From assembly GCF_006345805.1 (NCBI RefSeq), contig NC_042998.1, forward strand, positions 10,292,001 to 10,356,000: a DNA stretch of 64,000 nt. The letters are read 5' to 3'. The DNA comes from Octopus sinensis. Its lineage: Eukaryota. The notes below the pieces were generated by a model. It made no database searches and had not been told where the DNA came from. It saw only the letters and a program-made list of their open reading frames with translations. Position numbers and translations under genes: made by a program. Below, piece after piece: positions 13,323-27,079 of this stretch. The stretch's first letter is position 1; the number at the start of each line of letters is the position of its first letter.

Positions 13323-14182
13323 AGGTACAAGGCCCAATGTGCAATTAATACTTATTTCATTGACCCTGAAAGGATGAAAGACAAAGTCAGCCTCAGTGGG
13401 ATTTGAACCCAGAACATACAGATGGACAAAATATCACTAAGCAAGCTAACGATACATCCAGCTCACCACCTTAACAGTAGTAGTAGTAGTGATCTTACTG
13501 TATACAGTATACAGAGGAAGATTAATTTGCTGGACAAAAAGACAATATGACAGCTAGACACAGAAAAAAAATTGGCAGTGACTAAGACAGGTTTCAGCCT
13601 TTGGAATGAATCCCTATTGTATTCCCATCTTTTGTAGCTGGATCTACAACATCAACATTAGAACTAATTTTTATTGACTGGTACTTATTTTATCAATCTC
13701 AGAAGGATAACAGTGAAAATAGATCTGAATAGAATTTCAAATCAGTAAGAAAAGAGACATAACTCAAACAAACTCAATGAAGGCAGTAAAATGACAGTCA
13801 TTAGAGCATTGGATAGAATGTCTTGCTGTATTTGTTCTAAGTCCAAGACAATTTTGTCTTTCAATCTTTACAGGGTCAATAAAAAAGTTCCAGTCCAGAA
13901 GGGTAGTGATGGAAGCCCACATCTTGCCATGGTCTCTACTTGGAGGGTAGGCTTAATCTACCACTTGTTTTAACACCAACACTGGTACCCCAGGTATCGC
14001 AAACAGACATCACAGTGGTGTAAACATTCAGGACAGGTCTCCAGTTTGAGATACTTTCTTCTCTCTCTCTCCATTCTACCAGTCTCGAAGCTCTTGTAAA
14101 AAGTTCATGAACACTGTCTTCTTTTCTAACTAATAAATGAAAGGTTAAAAAATAATCTTAAATAGTGTCAAGCTATGTTTTA

Positions 14183-14570
14183 GGTGCAGGCGTGGCTGTG
14201 TGGTAAATAATTTGCTTCCCAACCACTGGGCTCTACATTCAGTCCTACTGTGTGGCACCTTGGGCAAGTGTCTTCTACTATAGCATTGGGCTGATCAAAG
14301 CCTTATAAATGATTTGGTAGACAGAAACTGAAAGAAACCCATCATATCTGTATCAATATATCTATATGTATGTGTTTTTGTGCCTAACAACTGGTATTGG
14401 TGTGTTTACATCCCTGTAACCTAGTGATTCAGCAGAAGAGATCAGAATAAATAACAAGTGTTAAAAAAAGAAGCAGTGGGGCAGATTCGTTTGACTAAAA
14501 TTCTTCAGGGTGGTGCTACAGAATGGCCATAGTCTAATGACTGAAGCAAGTTGAAGACGAAAGATAATAT
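14183..14570 (+). mobile_element. SINE family A (older copy)
   Basis: Similarity to other family A copies. Confidence 0.75.
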
Positions 14571-15042
14571 TGCTTGTCATTTCTCAGAATACCTAACAAT
14601 TATAAAATACGTTTTGTTTCCTAGAAAGAGGTCAATGTTCTATGAAACAAAATTATGACAATGATTTTTTAATACAGGATAAAGTTTAAGCTTCATCTAT
14701 GGTCAGGTATATAGGCTAATTGCTATTGAAACGCTTTCTAAACAGTTGATTTAAATGCTTGACTAAACTGTATAGAAATAATAGGAAATGAATATAATAA
14801 GAACAAAGTTTACAAACAAGAATTTATTACTCATGAAGTGACATGTGTAATAGTTAGGTCTGAATATTTAATGGGAAACAACTCTAGAGTGAAAGACTTG
14901 AGTTGTAGAGTTAGGTTACAGAATAGCAAGTTCCAAGAATAACCTCCGTTTCACTATTGAAATCATTCCATGTAATTTGTAATATTTACGTACGCATTTG
15001 GTAAAATGCATGTACGTCGCATCAAGTCATTTCCTGTATATC

Positions 15043-15446
15043 TCTCTTTACCTGTTTTACTTGTTTCAGTCATTTGACTGCAGCCATGCTGGAGCACCGC
15101 CTTTAATTAACCAACTCAATCCCGGGACTTATTCTTTTATAAGCCCAGTACTTATTCTATCAGTCACTTTTGCCGAACCGCTAAGTAACGGGGACATAAA
15201 CACACCAGCATCGGTTGTCAAGCAATGCTAGGGGGACAAACACACACACGCATATATATATATATATATATATACATATACACGACGGGCTTCTTTCAGT
15301 TTCCATCTACCAAATCCACTCACAAGGCTTTGGTCGGCCCGAGGCTATAGTAGAAGGCACTTGCCCAAGGTGCCACGCACTGGGACTGAACCCGGAACCA
15401 TGTGGTTGGTAAACAAGCTACTTACCACACAGCCACTCCTGCGCCT
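15043..15446 (-). mobile_element. SINE family A, full length
   Basis: Reverse complement of the family A consensus, head through tail. Confidence 0.85.
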
Positions 15447-16225
15447 ATACTTACAAGTTTAAGGCTTTGCATCCATGTGTAAGGAATCAATATGTCTAAA
15501 TTATCTGTATGCATCAACCCAGTCTTTGGTAGGAGACAACAAGTCAATTGAATCTACAAAAACAATCATTACTGGTTTTGACATCCAACCCACCTGTCCC
15601 AATCAGTATTTAGTAAAATATCCAACCAGGTAACAGACATCTAATTTGGCTGTCTGCACAAGAGCTTCATCATGATCATTGTATCAATCAGAGGAATTCA
15701 AGTTAATCAACTGCATAAAGATTGGTACAGATTATCATATAACAGGGTAAATGATTTGGAATTTGCAAGATTTTTGATAAAATCTTTGATAATTTTCTCA
15801 GATTTAATATGAATCATTTCTAAGATCTCACATGGATTGGACATTACTGCATATTTGGCCATTCACATGAATATTGCTAGAAGAATAATTTAAAGCTGGA
15901 TAGCTTATCTAATGTCAGTCCACCATATTAATGCAGAGAAGAGCAATATGTTTTGTACAGATATATAATACCACAAACAATATAAGAATAGTAAAGTTTG
16001 AAAATATATCCTTCATGTATGTAATTTAGAGACAAAATAGTCAGGTAGATAAAGATTTGAATTAAAAGGTTATGGATTATGAGTTCATATTCACTTTAAG
16101 TATTCTGATTATAATTTGGGCAAGATGTATTCTTCATGCCTCACTTCAAAGATCTTTACATAAGCATGCCAGTTTAGTATCCTATTCCAGTGTGTTGAGG
16201 AATTTTATTTTAGTTGACAATGTTT

Positions 16226-16495
16226 GCCAGCCTCGTCTGGCCCCCGTGCCGGTGGCACATAAAAGGCACCATCCGATCGTGGCTGTTTGCCAGCCTTGTC
16301 TGGCACCTGTGCAGGTGGCACATAAAAAGCACCCACTACACTCTCGGAGTGGTTGGTGTTAGGAAGGGCATCCAGCTGTAGAAACACTACCAGATCAGAC
16401 TGGGCCTGGCGCAGCCTTCTGGCTTCCCAGATCCCAGTTGAACCGTCCAACCCATGCTAGCATGGAAAATGGACGTTAAACAATGATGATGATGA
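16226..16495 (+). mobile_element. RTE 3' UTR copy
   Basis: One to two tandem units, conserved terminus and (GAT)n. Confidence 0.8.
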
Positions 16496-17540
16496 ATTTG
16501 TGAGCAACATTATTGTTGGCTACAGGTTTTCTCACAGGTCAGTCACTGGTTCACTGCATTTCTGACAGCAAGTGACAAGCAGGTGTCTGTAATTCAGTGC
16601 TGAACTACTATTGTAAGAAACTTCATTTGAACGGTATAATTTTTTCAGTTTTATTTCTGATGTTTATACTCTTTCATCAAAATACACACACAAACACATA
16701 TACAATGGGCTTTACAGTTCCCGCCTAACAAATTCACAACATTGGGCAGTTTAGAACTACAGTAGAAAACTCTTGCCCTAGGTAATACGCAGAGGGACTG
16801 AATCTAAAACTATGAGTTGCAAAGCAGGCTTCTTAACTACAGGGCTATACCTCTGAAAGTACCAGTAACTTAAAATGCTCCTATGGTTTCTAGTCTTTTA
16901 ATCACATAGTACCATACAAATGATTTATGTTTTGGCCAAGTAGTTTCAGATTTACATTGTCAAGGAACACAAGAAACGATTTTTATAACAGCACAATACA
17001 TTCGAAGTGAGTTAATAGACTGAATAGGATGAAGCAGAAGAAACTTATAGCTTTTAACCCTTTAGCATTCAAACCGGCCATATCCGGCCAGAATATTTAA
17101 CCTGTTTTATATTGAAACTGACCAGATCTTGCCTCTCACCTCAGCCCTACCATGTCATTCTAAAACTAAAAAATCACATCACTGAAATCTCTAAACTACA
17201 AGATAATGCATGATTAATTCAAACCTTTTTAAATAAACAAACATCACATTTGAGAGAATAATCTGAACACAAAAGAGTTAAACAAATTCCATTGAGTTTC
17301 ATTTTGCCTTATATATTCTGCTAGAATCTAACAACGAGTGAACACCAACTGGAATACTCAATCTACCAAAAATAACAGCCAAGTCTCCCTCACATCATGT
17401 CCTACCGTCTTAGAAAAATATAATTAAAAGGAAAAACTATACAGAGCAATATTGTCCTAGATGTTGTCATCACAGAAGTACCTTTGTTCATAGATTTACT
17501 GGATGAGGACCTAATGAACAAGAACAGCAATAATAACCAC

Positions 17541-17870
17541 CGGCTCAGTGGTTAGAGCGTCGAGCTTACGATCGTGAGGTTGTGAGCTCGAATCCCGGAC
17601 CGGGCTGCGTGTTGTGTTCTTGAGCAAGGCACTTTATTTCACGTTGCTCCAGTTCACTCAGCTGTAGAAATGAGTTGCAACGTCACTGGTGCCAAGCTGT
17701 ATCGACCTTTGTCTTTCCCTTGGATAACACTGGTGGCGTGGAGAGGGGAGGCCGGTATCCATGGGCGACTGCTGGTCTTCCATAAACAACCTTGCCCGGA
17801 CTTGTGTCTAGGAGGGTAACTCTCTAGGTGCAATCCCATGGTCATTCATGACCGAAGGGGGTCTTTACCC
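17541..17870 (+). mobile_element. tRNA-derived SINE, family D
   Basis: GGCTCAGTGGTTAGAGCG...TCGAATCCC head and CTTGAGCAAGGCACTTTATTTCACGTTGCTCCAG core (CORE/V-like by recall). Confidence 0.75.
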
Positions 17871-19368
17871 TATAACACTTTACATTACTTTTAACATACT
17901 AGGTCTGAATTAATTAATTATAACCCTCTAATTTGATTTTTACAATTAATAATAGTAAATTTTAAAAAAGTGTCAAAGTTGCAGATATTTGAAGAAGGAA
18001 AAACATATCTCATCAGAAAGAAACAATGCAAAAGAAAAATAAGAGATTATTCAAAGATATCAAAACTTACTTAAAAGATATAGATAGTTCATTCAATGAG
18101 AGTTGATTGCTGAGATAGTAAAGTGAAAGAATATGCTTGTAGCTGTTACTGCTGTTAACATCTAGAGTGAAATGTTACAAGTGGCACATCAGGTGAGAAA
18201 GAACGTAAATATTTTGACAGATTATCATTAAGTTAGATAATAACAGGATACTTAAGAGTACATTATGATTTAATATTAATAATTCAACAAAGGGGTCAGT
18301 ATGTCAGTATGATATTTAAGTTTTGATATAGGTCATGATTAAAATAAATGTTGAAATTAGACACACACACATGTGCATGTAAATAAAACCCCTTTACTTG
18401 TGAAATAAGTAATGGTTGGCAACAGGAAGAGCATATGTCTGTAAGATCTTGTCTCAAATAAGCAGAGGACCAACTAATACAAACATGGAAAAAATGGAGG
18501 TTAAATGAATGGAATCTATCTCTCTCTCTCTCTCTCTCTCTCACATACATATTACATGCACACACACACACACATATGTATAATTATTAACTTGTATGAG
18601 AGAAATGTTGACAGTGGCTTTATAAGGCTGTCTGGTGAAGGTGAGCAAGCCAAAACTTTGAAGCCATTGTTGACCTTTTCCTTGTAAAAATAAATAAATA
18701 TGTAATCTACCAAAAAGTATTGAGTAACACTGTTTGAGCATTGTTAATCACAACCATACTTGGGCTCTGACTCTAAATGCATTCTTGCAATATAAATTTT
18801 AGAGAATATTCCAAAATCAAAAAATATTTTTCTTTTCCATAAAAAAAAGTTGATCTAGAGACCAGACTAAACCTTGGCAACCCTGAAAAAGGAGCTGAAG
18901 ATAAATAGTTTGGTAGGTTTCATGAACCCCCTGAAGAATTTCCATTGTAGACATCTGTAATGAGCGATGAATTTTTAGGTATCAAGACACAGACATTTTA
19001 CTACAACCATCATCACCACCACCACACCATCAACCAAAGAATCCTCAACATGATTACTCGTCCTGCTAGTAATAGCAGACAAAGTTCCATTAAATTACAT
19101 CCTATCACTTTAAGGATATATTAGAATGTATCCCTTCACATAAAGACAAGATGGTCATGGAAGGTATTCTTTTGATCACAGACTTTCTTGATCAGTGGTG
19201 ACCTGGGGCCAAACAGCAACAAAACCATCACTACTGCATCAAAGTACCATCAAAGTGATTGGCAGGATGGAGGTTTGTTCTCTCAATTTAAAGTACATCA
19301 CAAAGTTTGCAGATGATGCAGTATATGAGATTAGAAGATGTGCACACACATATTATACATACATTCAT

Positions 19369-19754
19369 AGGAGTGTCTCTGTGGTAAGTAGCTTGCTTAC
19401 CAACTACATGGTTCTGGGTTCAGTCCCACAGCATGACACCTTGTCTTCTACTATAGCCTCGGGCCGACCAAAGCCTTGTAAGTGGATTTGGTAGACGGAA
19501 ACTGAAAGTAGTCTGTCGTATATATGTATACATATGTGTATGTATATGTTTGTGTGTCTGTGTCTGTTCCCCCAACATCGCTTGACAACTGATGCTGGTG
19601 TGTTTACGTCCCCGTAACTTAGCGGTTCGGCAAAGGAGATCGATAGAATAAGTACTAAGCTCACAAAGAATAAGTCCTGGGGTTGATTTGCTTGACTAAA
19701 GGCGGTGCTCTAGCATGGCCGCAGTCAAATGACAAATAAATATAAGAATAAGAG

Positions 19755-19755
<1 letters not shown>
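19369..19755 (+). mobile_element. SINE family A
   Basis: Similarity to other copies. Confidence 0.8.
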
Positions 19756-19785
<30 letters not shown>

Positions 19786-19786
19786 C

Positions 19787-20000
19787 ATCATCATCATCAT
19801 TTAGCGCCTGTTGTCCATGCTGCCATAGGTTGGATGGTTTGACCAGGGCTGGCAAACTGGAAGGCTGCACCTGACCCCGTCTGATTTGGCATGGTTTCTA
19901 TGGCTGGATGCCCTTCCAAATGCCAACCACTCCGAGAGTAAAATAAGTGCTTTTACATGCCACTGACATGGGTGCTTTTTGCATGTCACTAGTATCTGCC
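19787..20000 (-). mobile_element. RTE 3' UTR copy (short)
   Basis: (CAT)n followed by the reverse complement of the conserved terminus. Confidence 0.7.
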
Positions 20001-20348
20001 ACAGTAGCTGTGTGTGTATGTGTGTGTATCTGGCCAACTAGATACACACACAAGTGCTCATGCTATCATTAGATAATCAGTAACCCTACAATGGGTTTAT
20101 ATACATGTCTCGTAAACTTTAAGTGTTGTCATAAACAAAATAAGCATACTTAACATATATGTTGGAGTATCTTTATGCAAGAACTACTTCTCTTATTTCG
20201 CTGGGAGTGAACTAAGTATCATAAATTTGGCAAACTAGAAAAAGAATTTGATGATGATAGTATTAATGAGTGTAAGAAATAGCATCAATTTCAGAAGTCT
20301 CATTAGCAATTTATTACTTTGTCAAAAAAAAAAATAGAAAAAAAAAAC

Positions 20349-20745
20349 CTGTGTGGTAAATAGCTTGCTAACCAACCACATGGTTCCAGGTTCAGTCCCA
20401 CTGCGCGGCACCTTGGGCAAGTGTCTTCTGCTATAATCCCGGGCCGACCAATGCCTTGTGAGTGGATTTGGTAGATGGAAACTGAAAGAAGCCTGTCGTA
20501 TATATGTATATATATATGTATGTGTGTGTGTTTGTGTGTCTGTGTTTGTTCCCCTAGCATTGCTTGACAACAGATGCTGGTGTGTTTACGTCCCTGTCAC
20601 TTAGTGGTTTGGCAAAAGAGACCGAGAGAATAAGTACTAGGCTTACAAAGAATAAGTCCCGGGGTCGATTTGTTCGACTAAAGGCGGTGCTCCAGCATGG
20701 CCGCAGTCAAATGACTGAAACAAGTAAAAGAATAAAAGAGTAAAA
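20349..20745 (+). mobile_element. SINE family A
   Basis: Similarity to other copies. Confidence 0.85.
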
Positions 20746-21814
20746 TAAAATAGAGTTACTCTATAGTTGGGAGCTGCTTCAGAAATCTGTCAGATCATAA
20801 GCGCACAAGATCTGAGTCGTGTTTCACACTTGGGAATTACCTGACAAAGTTCACCTTGTTGCTGTTATGGTCATGATCAGAGATTTGATTTTTATAAGTA
20901 GACTTGATGGTAGGATTAAGAATTAAACACAAATACAACATTCTATATAAGTACTACATGTTACAGGCTAGACTGATGCGAGCATTAAGCTGTCTCCAGG
21001 CCAAAAATACACCTCAGCAAAGCCAAGATCACTAAAACAACAGATACAAGGTTTTCATTGCAATTTCACTTTTACTTGTTTCAGCCATTGGACTGCGGCC
21101 ATGCTGGAGCACTACCTCGAAGGGTTTAGCTAAACAAATCAATCTTAGTACTTAATTTTAGGCCTGGTACTTGATCTGTTGGTGTCTTTTGCAGAACCAC
21201 TAATTTATGGGGATGTAAACAAACCAACATCAGCTGTAAAGTGGTGATGGAGCACAAGCATAAATACAAGGGGACACACACACACACACATATTGATACA
21301 CATGTATAAATATATATATATATATATATATCTATATATATATCTATATATATATATATATACGAGACGCTTCATGCTTTCTATGCTTTTCTAAAGAAAA
21401 ATTTATAATTATATATACATACATATATGATAGGCTTCTTTCAGTTTCTAACAATCAAATCCACTTACAACACTTTGGTCAGCCCAGGATTATAGATGCC
21501 ATTCAGTGGAACTGAACTGGAAACTTCATATTGCACAGCTGAAAGGAAGAACTCAACAGTTTGCAAGAGTTAATGAAATTATTTTGAATTAGTTTCTCTA
21601 ATTATCTGAACAGGTTAGAAATATATTTCTATGTACTTTGAAGTCAGCACAATAGTTTTCATGTATATTCATAATAAACATACATTCAACTGTATAAGAT
21701 GCTAAATCTTTGAATGAGGGACCGCTGTGCTAAGTGGATTTAAGACAATGTAGCACTCAACTCTGGATATAGGAGAGAAGAAGCATGTGAAGCCCATTCT
21801 TAATTTATATCATT

Positions 21815-22030
21815 GGTGGCGAGCTGGCAGAAACGTTAGCACGTCGGGCGAAATGTGTAGCCATATTTCGTCTGTCATTCGTTCTGAGTTCAAATTCCGC
21901 AGAGGACGACTTTGCTTTTCATCCTTTCGGGGTCGATAAATTAAGTACCAGTTACGCAATGGGGCCGATGTAATCGACTTAATCCGTTTGTCTGTCCTTG
22001 TTTGTCCCCACTGTGGGTAGTAAAGAAATA
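21815..22030 (+). mobile_element. SINE family B
   Basis: Matches 11230-11460. Confidence 0.8.
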
Positions 22031-22288
22031 TATATCATTGAAATGTTTATAACTTTCTGTGTAAACATTTTGTAATCAGCATCATAAAGAAATTTAGAGA
22101 TATGTGACATTTTAATCATGATAGCAGTGATTGACTTTCAAAATGTCTTAAATTTTCAACACTCTTACTGACAAGTTGTGATGTCACAGAATGTTCCAAC
22201 ACACATGTGGAATCCACTAGATTAGACAGGAATTGGTATTTTTGATAGATAGATAGGTTAATATATTTAACCCTTCAGCATTCAGATG

Positions 22289-22585
22289 TGGGGAGCAATG
22301 GTCTAGAGGTTAGGGCAGTGGACTCGCGGTTAGAGGATCATGGTTTCGATTCCCAGACTGGGCGTTGTGTGTGTTTATTGAGCAAAAACACCTAAAAAAC
22401 TCCACGAGGCTCCGGCAGGGGGCGGTGGCGACCCCTGTTGTACTCTTTCGCCCCAACTTTCTCTCACTCTCTCTTCCTGTTTCTTGAGTAATGCTGCGAT
22501 GGACTGGCGTCCCATCCAGCTGGGGAGAACACATACACCACAAAAACCGGGCCCATGAGCCTGGCTAGGTTTGAAAAGGGGCAAC
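22289..22585 (+). mobile_element. SINE family C
   Basis: Head matches 10055. The tail differs. Confidence 0.75.
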
Positions 22586-22953
22586 GTTTATCGTTTTTTA
22601 TCAGCATTCAGATTACTTTAGCAAATGTAAAACTTATTTACTTACACTCTTTTGAATTAGTCACACATGATTTCATGGGTTCAAGATTTTGATGATGTGA
22701 TACTTTATTTTTAGAATGACATTGTAGGACAGGTGTGAGAAGCCACATCTGACATAAAACAGGTAGAATATTTGGGCAGGATATGGCTGGTCTAAATGCT
22801 AAAAGGTTAAAAGAGAAAAAAGTGTGTGCGTGTGTGTGTGTGTGTGAGTATAGACGTATAGCAGTATATGTATTGACAGATTCACAGATACATACAATCA
22901 TAACTACACCCACCCACACACACATTTATATAATGTTTATATGCTAAAGAAAA

Positions 22954-23244
22954 TCTTTATATATAAAAATGTAGTTGTGTGAGTGTCTGTCTCCTACGAT
23001 TTAGATTCCTAACTACTCCCACATTTAACCAAAATCGGGTATCTTATAGTCGTGATTCATATCGAGCCCTTCTGGGTATTAGCGCGCGTCTACGATGAGT
23101 CTATGATTAAAAAAAAAATTTACCATAATTTTTCCGCATTTTTAATGCATTTTCGCTTGGTTTATATAAGGGAAGTAACTCTCTAAAAATGCTTATATAG
23201 TTAGTTCCCTTACAAACCCGAGCAACGCTGGGCGATACTGCTAG
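22954..23244 (+). mobile_element. Non-autonomous Helitron-like element
   Basis: Begins TCTTTATATATAAAA and ends CCCGAGCAACGCTGGGCGATACTGCTAG. Homologous to 44340 and 62236. Confidence 0.75.
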
Positions 23245-24147
23245 TATAAATATAAAGATAACAAATAAAAGAGGAAACCTCTGTACAACAACTCAACCTA
23301 CTAGAAACAAATTGGATCTCTCAGATCAAACCATGCCATCTTAATACAGAGGAGATTAGATAACTTAGTCCTAGATACCCCAAGATCAATGGCATGGTCA
23401 CAGCTAGAATGTCTTTGGTCATAGATCCTCTCAATTAGAGATAGCAAGGGGGTTGTAACAGCAAAACCCACTTATCCTGACAAAACAAAAAACAATAAAA
23501 GACTTACACAAAAGTAAATATATAAACAGAATTAGACAAACAGATCGATAAATTGTTAATGAATTACTTATTATGAAAGATATGTAATTAGGCACAAAAT
23601 ACAAAGAGCTTATCTAAATTACAAACCTATTAAGTCTTAGTATAAGATTGCTATTCACGTGAGCCTTGTCTGATTTGGAAAAATGTGTTAATTACCTACT
23701 ATTTGCTGTTCAGTTGTAAGCAATATTATGAACTGAATCAGTCAATATCAGTATGCAGAGATATGTCTGAATGGGAGAGATTAATTAATTAATTTATTTA
23801 CTTATTGTGGATTATTCAGAAGAAGAAGAGCAGTTTCCATGATCTTTTTTGACTGGCCTCCAAAGCCAGTTTTAGGAGAAGGTGGGGAACAAAAAAAAAA
23901 AAAAACTACTGATGGGTTATCTTCAGAACAAAGACTAGGTTGGATGCTTGCAATATAGTGGATTCTGAGAAATGTACTCAGGGACCAGATTGTTCTGTTC
24001 ACCCATGCGAGAGATTAAGCCTGCCACCCTTAAACAGATACAGTTCCATATTCAGTTAAAACACAAAAATAAGACAAATCTAATGTTAACTACAGCAATA
24101 ATAAGTAGAAAGGAATTCATAGAAAGCCTTTTTAAGAACAACATAAA

Positions 24148-24307
24148 GGCGCAGGAGTGGCTGTATGGTAAGTAGCTTGCTAACCAACCACATGGTTCCG
24201 GGTTCAGTCCCACTGTGTGGCATCTTGGGCAAGTGTCTTCTGCTATAGCCCCGGGCCGACCAAAGCCTTGTGAGTGGATTTGGTAGACAGAAACTGAAAG
24301 AAGCCTG

Positions 24308-24369
<62 letters not shown>

Positions 24370-24590
24370 TTGTGTGTCTGTGTTTGTCCCCCTAGCATTG
24401 CTTGACAACCAATGCTGGTGTGTTTACGTCCCCGTCACTGAGCGGTTCGGCAAAAGAGACCAATAGAATAAGTACTGGGCGTACAAAGAATAAGTCCCGG
24501 GGTCGATTTGCTCGACTAAAGGCGGTGCTCCAGCATGGCCGCAGTCAAATGACTGAAACAAGTAAAAGAGTAAAAGAGTAAAGAGTAAAG
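24148..24590 (+). mobile_element. SINE family A, full length
   Basis: Complete head to tail. Confidence 0.9.
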
Positions 24591-25106
24591 CACATACACA
24601 CACATGCCTATGTATATATGTGCACAAACACACTAGCAGCTAGCATTTAATCAATAAGGTGGAATGATTTCCTGTTAGAAAACACTGACTGAAAAGACAA
24701 ATTGGTTGAAATTTATTCTCTTAGAAAGACTTATTTAGAGAAAGATATATTTAGAGAAAACCGAATCGGTTGGAAGACAATTGATTGAAAACGTAGAAAG
24801 GAAAAGAAAAGAAAAGCTAAATATTTGTTGAATTATTACTATCTAATAAAATATTATTATCTAAGCGATTCTAAATTTAATTGGGTATGTAATAATAATT
24901 ATAATGATTTCAAATTTTGGCACAAGGCCAGCAAGTTCAGGGAAGGGGTGAGCCAATTATATTGCTCAAATAGTAGCTATTTTATCGACCCTGAAAGAAT
25001 GAAAGGCAAGTCGGCCTTGACTGAATTCAAACTCAAAACGTAAAGATAGACAAAATGCCACTAAGCATTTCGTTTGAGGTGTTAATGATTCTGCCAGCAT
25101 ATAATG

Positions 25107-25137
<31 letters not shown>

Positions 25138-25176
25138 TAACAAAAATAATAATAATAATCTTTAACACCTTGTTTA

Positions 25177-25572
25177 GGCGCAGGAGTGGCTGTGTGGTGA
25201 GTAGCTTGCTTACCAACCACATTGTTCCGGGTTCAGTCCCACTGTATGGCATCTTGGGCAAGTTTCTTCAACTATAGCCTCAGGCCGACCAAAGCCTTGT
25301 GAGTGGATTTGGTAGACAGAAATTGAAAGAAGCCCGTCGTATATATGTATATATGTTTGTATATGTTTGTATGTCTGTGTTTGTTCCCCCAACATCGCTT
25401 GACAACCAGTGCTGGTGTGTTTATGTCCCCGTAACTTAGCGGTTTGGCAAAAGAGACCGATAGAATAAGTACTAGGCTTCTAAAGAATAAGTCCTGGGGT
25501 TGATTTGCTCGACTAAAGGTGGTGCTCCAGCATGGCTGCAGTCAAATGACTGAAACAAGTAAAAGAGATAAA
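25177..25572 (+). mobile_element. SINE family A, full length
   Basis: Complete head to tail. Confidence 0.9.
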
Positions 25573-25810
25573 AACCTCTACATTAAATTGATTGGCAATT
25601 AAATATCAATTCCGGAAATACAATTCGTGCGTTTGATTAAATGCACAACTTGTATTTAATAGATATAATTGTCCTTTGCTTATAAATAACATTAAAGGCA
25701 ATCAAAATACCACTCTAGTGATTTTATATATATACATATACACACACACACATACATACATATACACATGCACACACGCATACATGCACACACACACACA
25801 TAACTTTTCT

Positions 25811-26232
25811 GCTCTAGACACAAGGCCCGAAGATTTTGGGGAGGAGGCCAGTCGATTAGATTGATCCCAGTACGTAACTGGTACGTAATTTATCAACCTC
25901 GAAAGGGTGAAAGGCCAAGTTAATCTCGGTGGAATTTGAACTCAGAACGTAAAGATGGACAAAATACTGCTAGGCATTTTGCCCGGAGTACTAACATTTC
26001 TTATTTCTTTACTGCCCACAAGGGACTACACAGAGAGGGGACAAACAAAGACAGACAAATGGATTAAGTCAATTATATCGACCCCAGTGCATAAATGGTA
26101 CTTATTTAATCGACCCCGAAAGGATGAAAGGCAAAGCCGACCTCAGTGGAATCTGAACTCAGAATGTAGCAGCAGACAAAATACCACTAGATATTTCACC
26201 CGGCATGCTAACATATCTGCCAGCTCACTGCC
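25811..26232 (-). mobile_element. Two adjacent or nested SINE family B copies
   Basis: The Meta-like core appears twice on the minus strand. Confidence 0.7.
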
Positions 26233-26270
26233 TTAACACACACACACGCATATATATATATATATATATA

Positions 26271-27079
26271 GGCGCAGGAGTGGCTGTGTGGTAAGTAGCT
26301 TACATGCCAACCACATGGTTACGGGTTCAGTCCCACTGCGTGGCATCTTGGGCTAGTGTCTTCTACTATAGCCTCGGGCCGACCAAAGCCTTGTGAGTGG
26401 ATTTGGTAGACGGAAACTGAAAGAAGCCCGTCGTATATATGTATATATATATATGTGTGTCTGTGTTTGTCCCCCTAGCATTGCTTGACAACCGATGCTG
26501 GTGTGTTTATGTTCCCATCACTTAGCGGTTCAGCAAAAGAGACCGATAGAATAAGTACTGGGCTTACAAAGAATAAGTCCCGGGGTCGATTTGCTCGACT
26601 AAAGGCAGTGCTCCAGCATGGCCGCAGTCAAATGACTGAAACAAGTAAAAGAGTAAAAGAGAAAGAGTATATATATATAGGTGCAGGAGTGGCTGTGTGG
26701 TAGGTAGCTTGCTTACCAACCACATGGTTCTGGGTTCTGTCCCACTGTGTGGCACCTTGGGCAAGTGTCTTCTACTATAGCCTCGGGCTAACCAAAGCTT
26801 TGTGAGTGGATTTGGTAGATAGAAACTGAAAGAAGCCTGTTATATATATATATGTGTGTGTGTGTTTGTGTGTCTGTTTGACAACCGATGCTGACAACTG
26901 CTTGACAACTGATGCTGGTATGTTTAAGTCCCTGTAACTTAGCGGTTCGGCAAAAGTAAGGGATAGGATAAGTACTAGGCTTACAAAGAATAAGTCCTGG
27001 GGTCTATTTGCTCAACTAAAGGCGATGCTCCAGCATGGCCGCAGTCAAATGATTGGAACAAGTAAAAGAATAAAAGAAT
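26271..27079 (+). mobile_element. Head-to-tail pair of SINE family A (26271-26668 and 26680-27079)
   Basis: Two complete copies separated only by (TA)n. Confidence 0.9.

Noticed and set aside
13840-13940. Apparent plus-strand exon (CTTTACAG|GGTCAATAAAAAAG...)
   Set aside because: The acceptor region is a degenerate SINE B core.
23820-24100. Protein-like frames (SFHDLFDWPPKP; ACNIVDSEKCTQGPDCSVHPC)
   Set aside because: The frames are discontinuous across a poly-A run and unassignable to any family I recognise.
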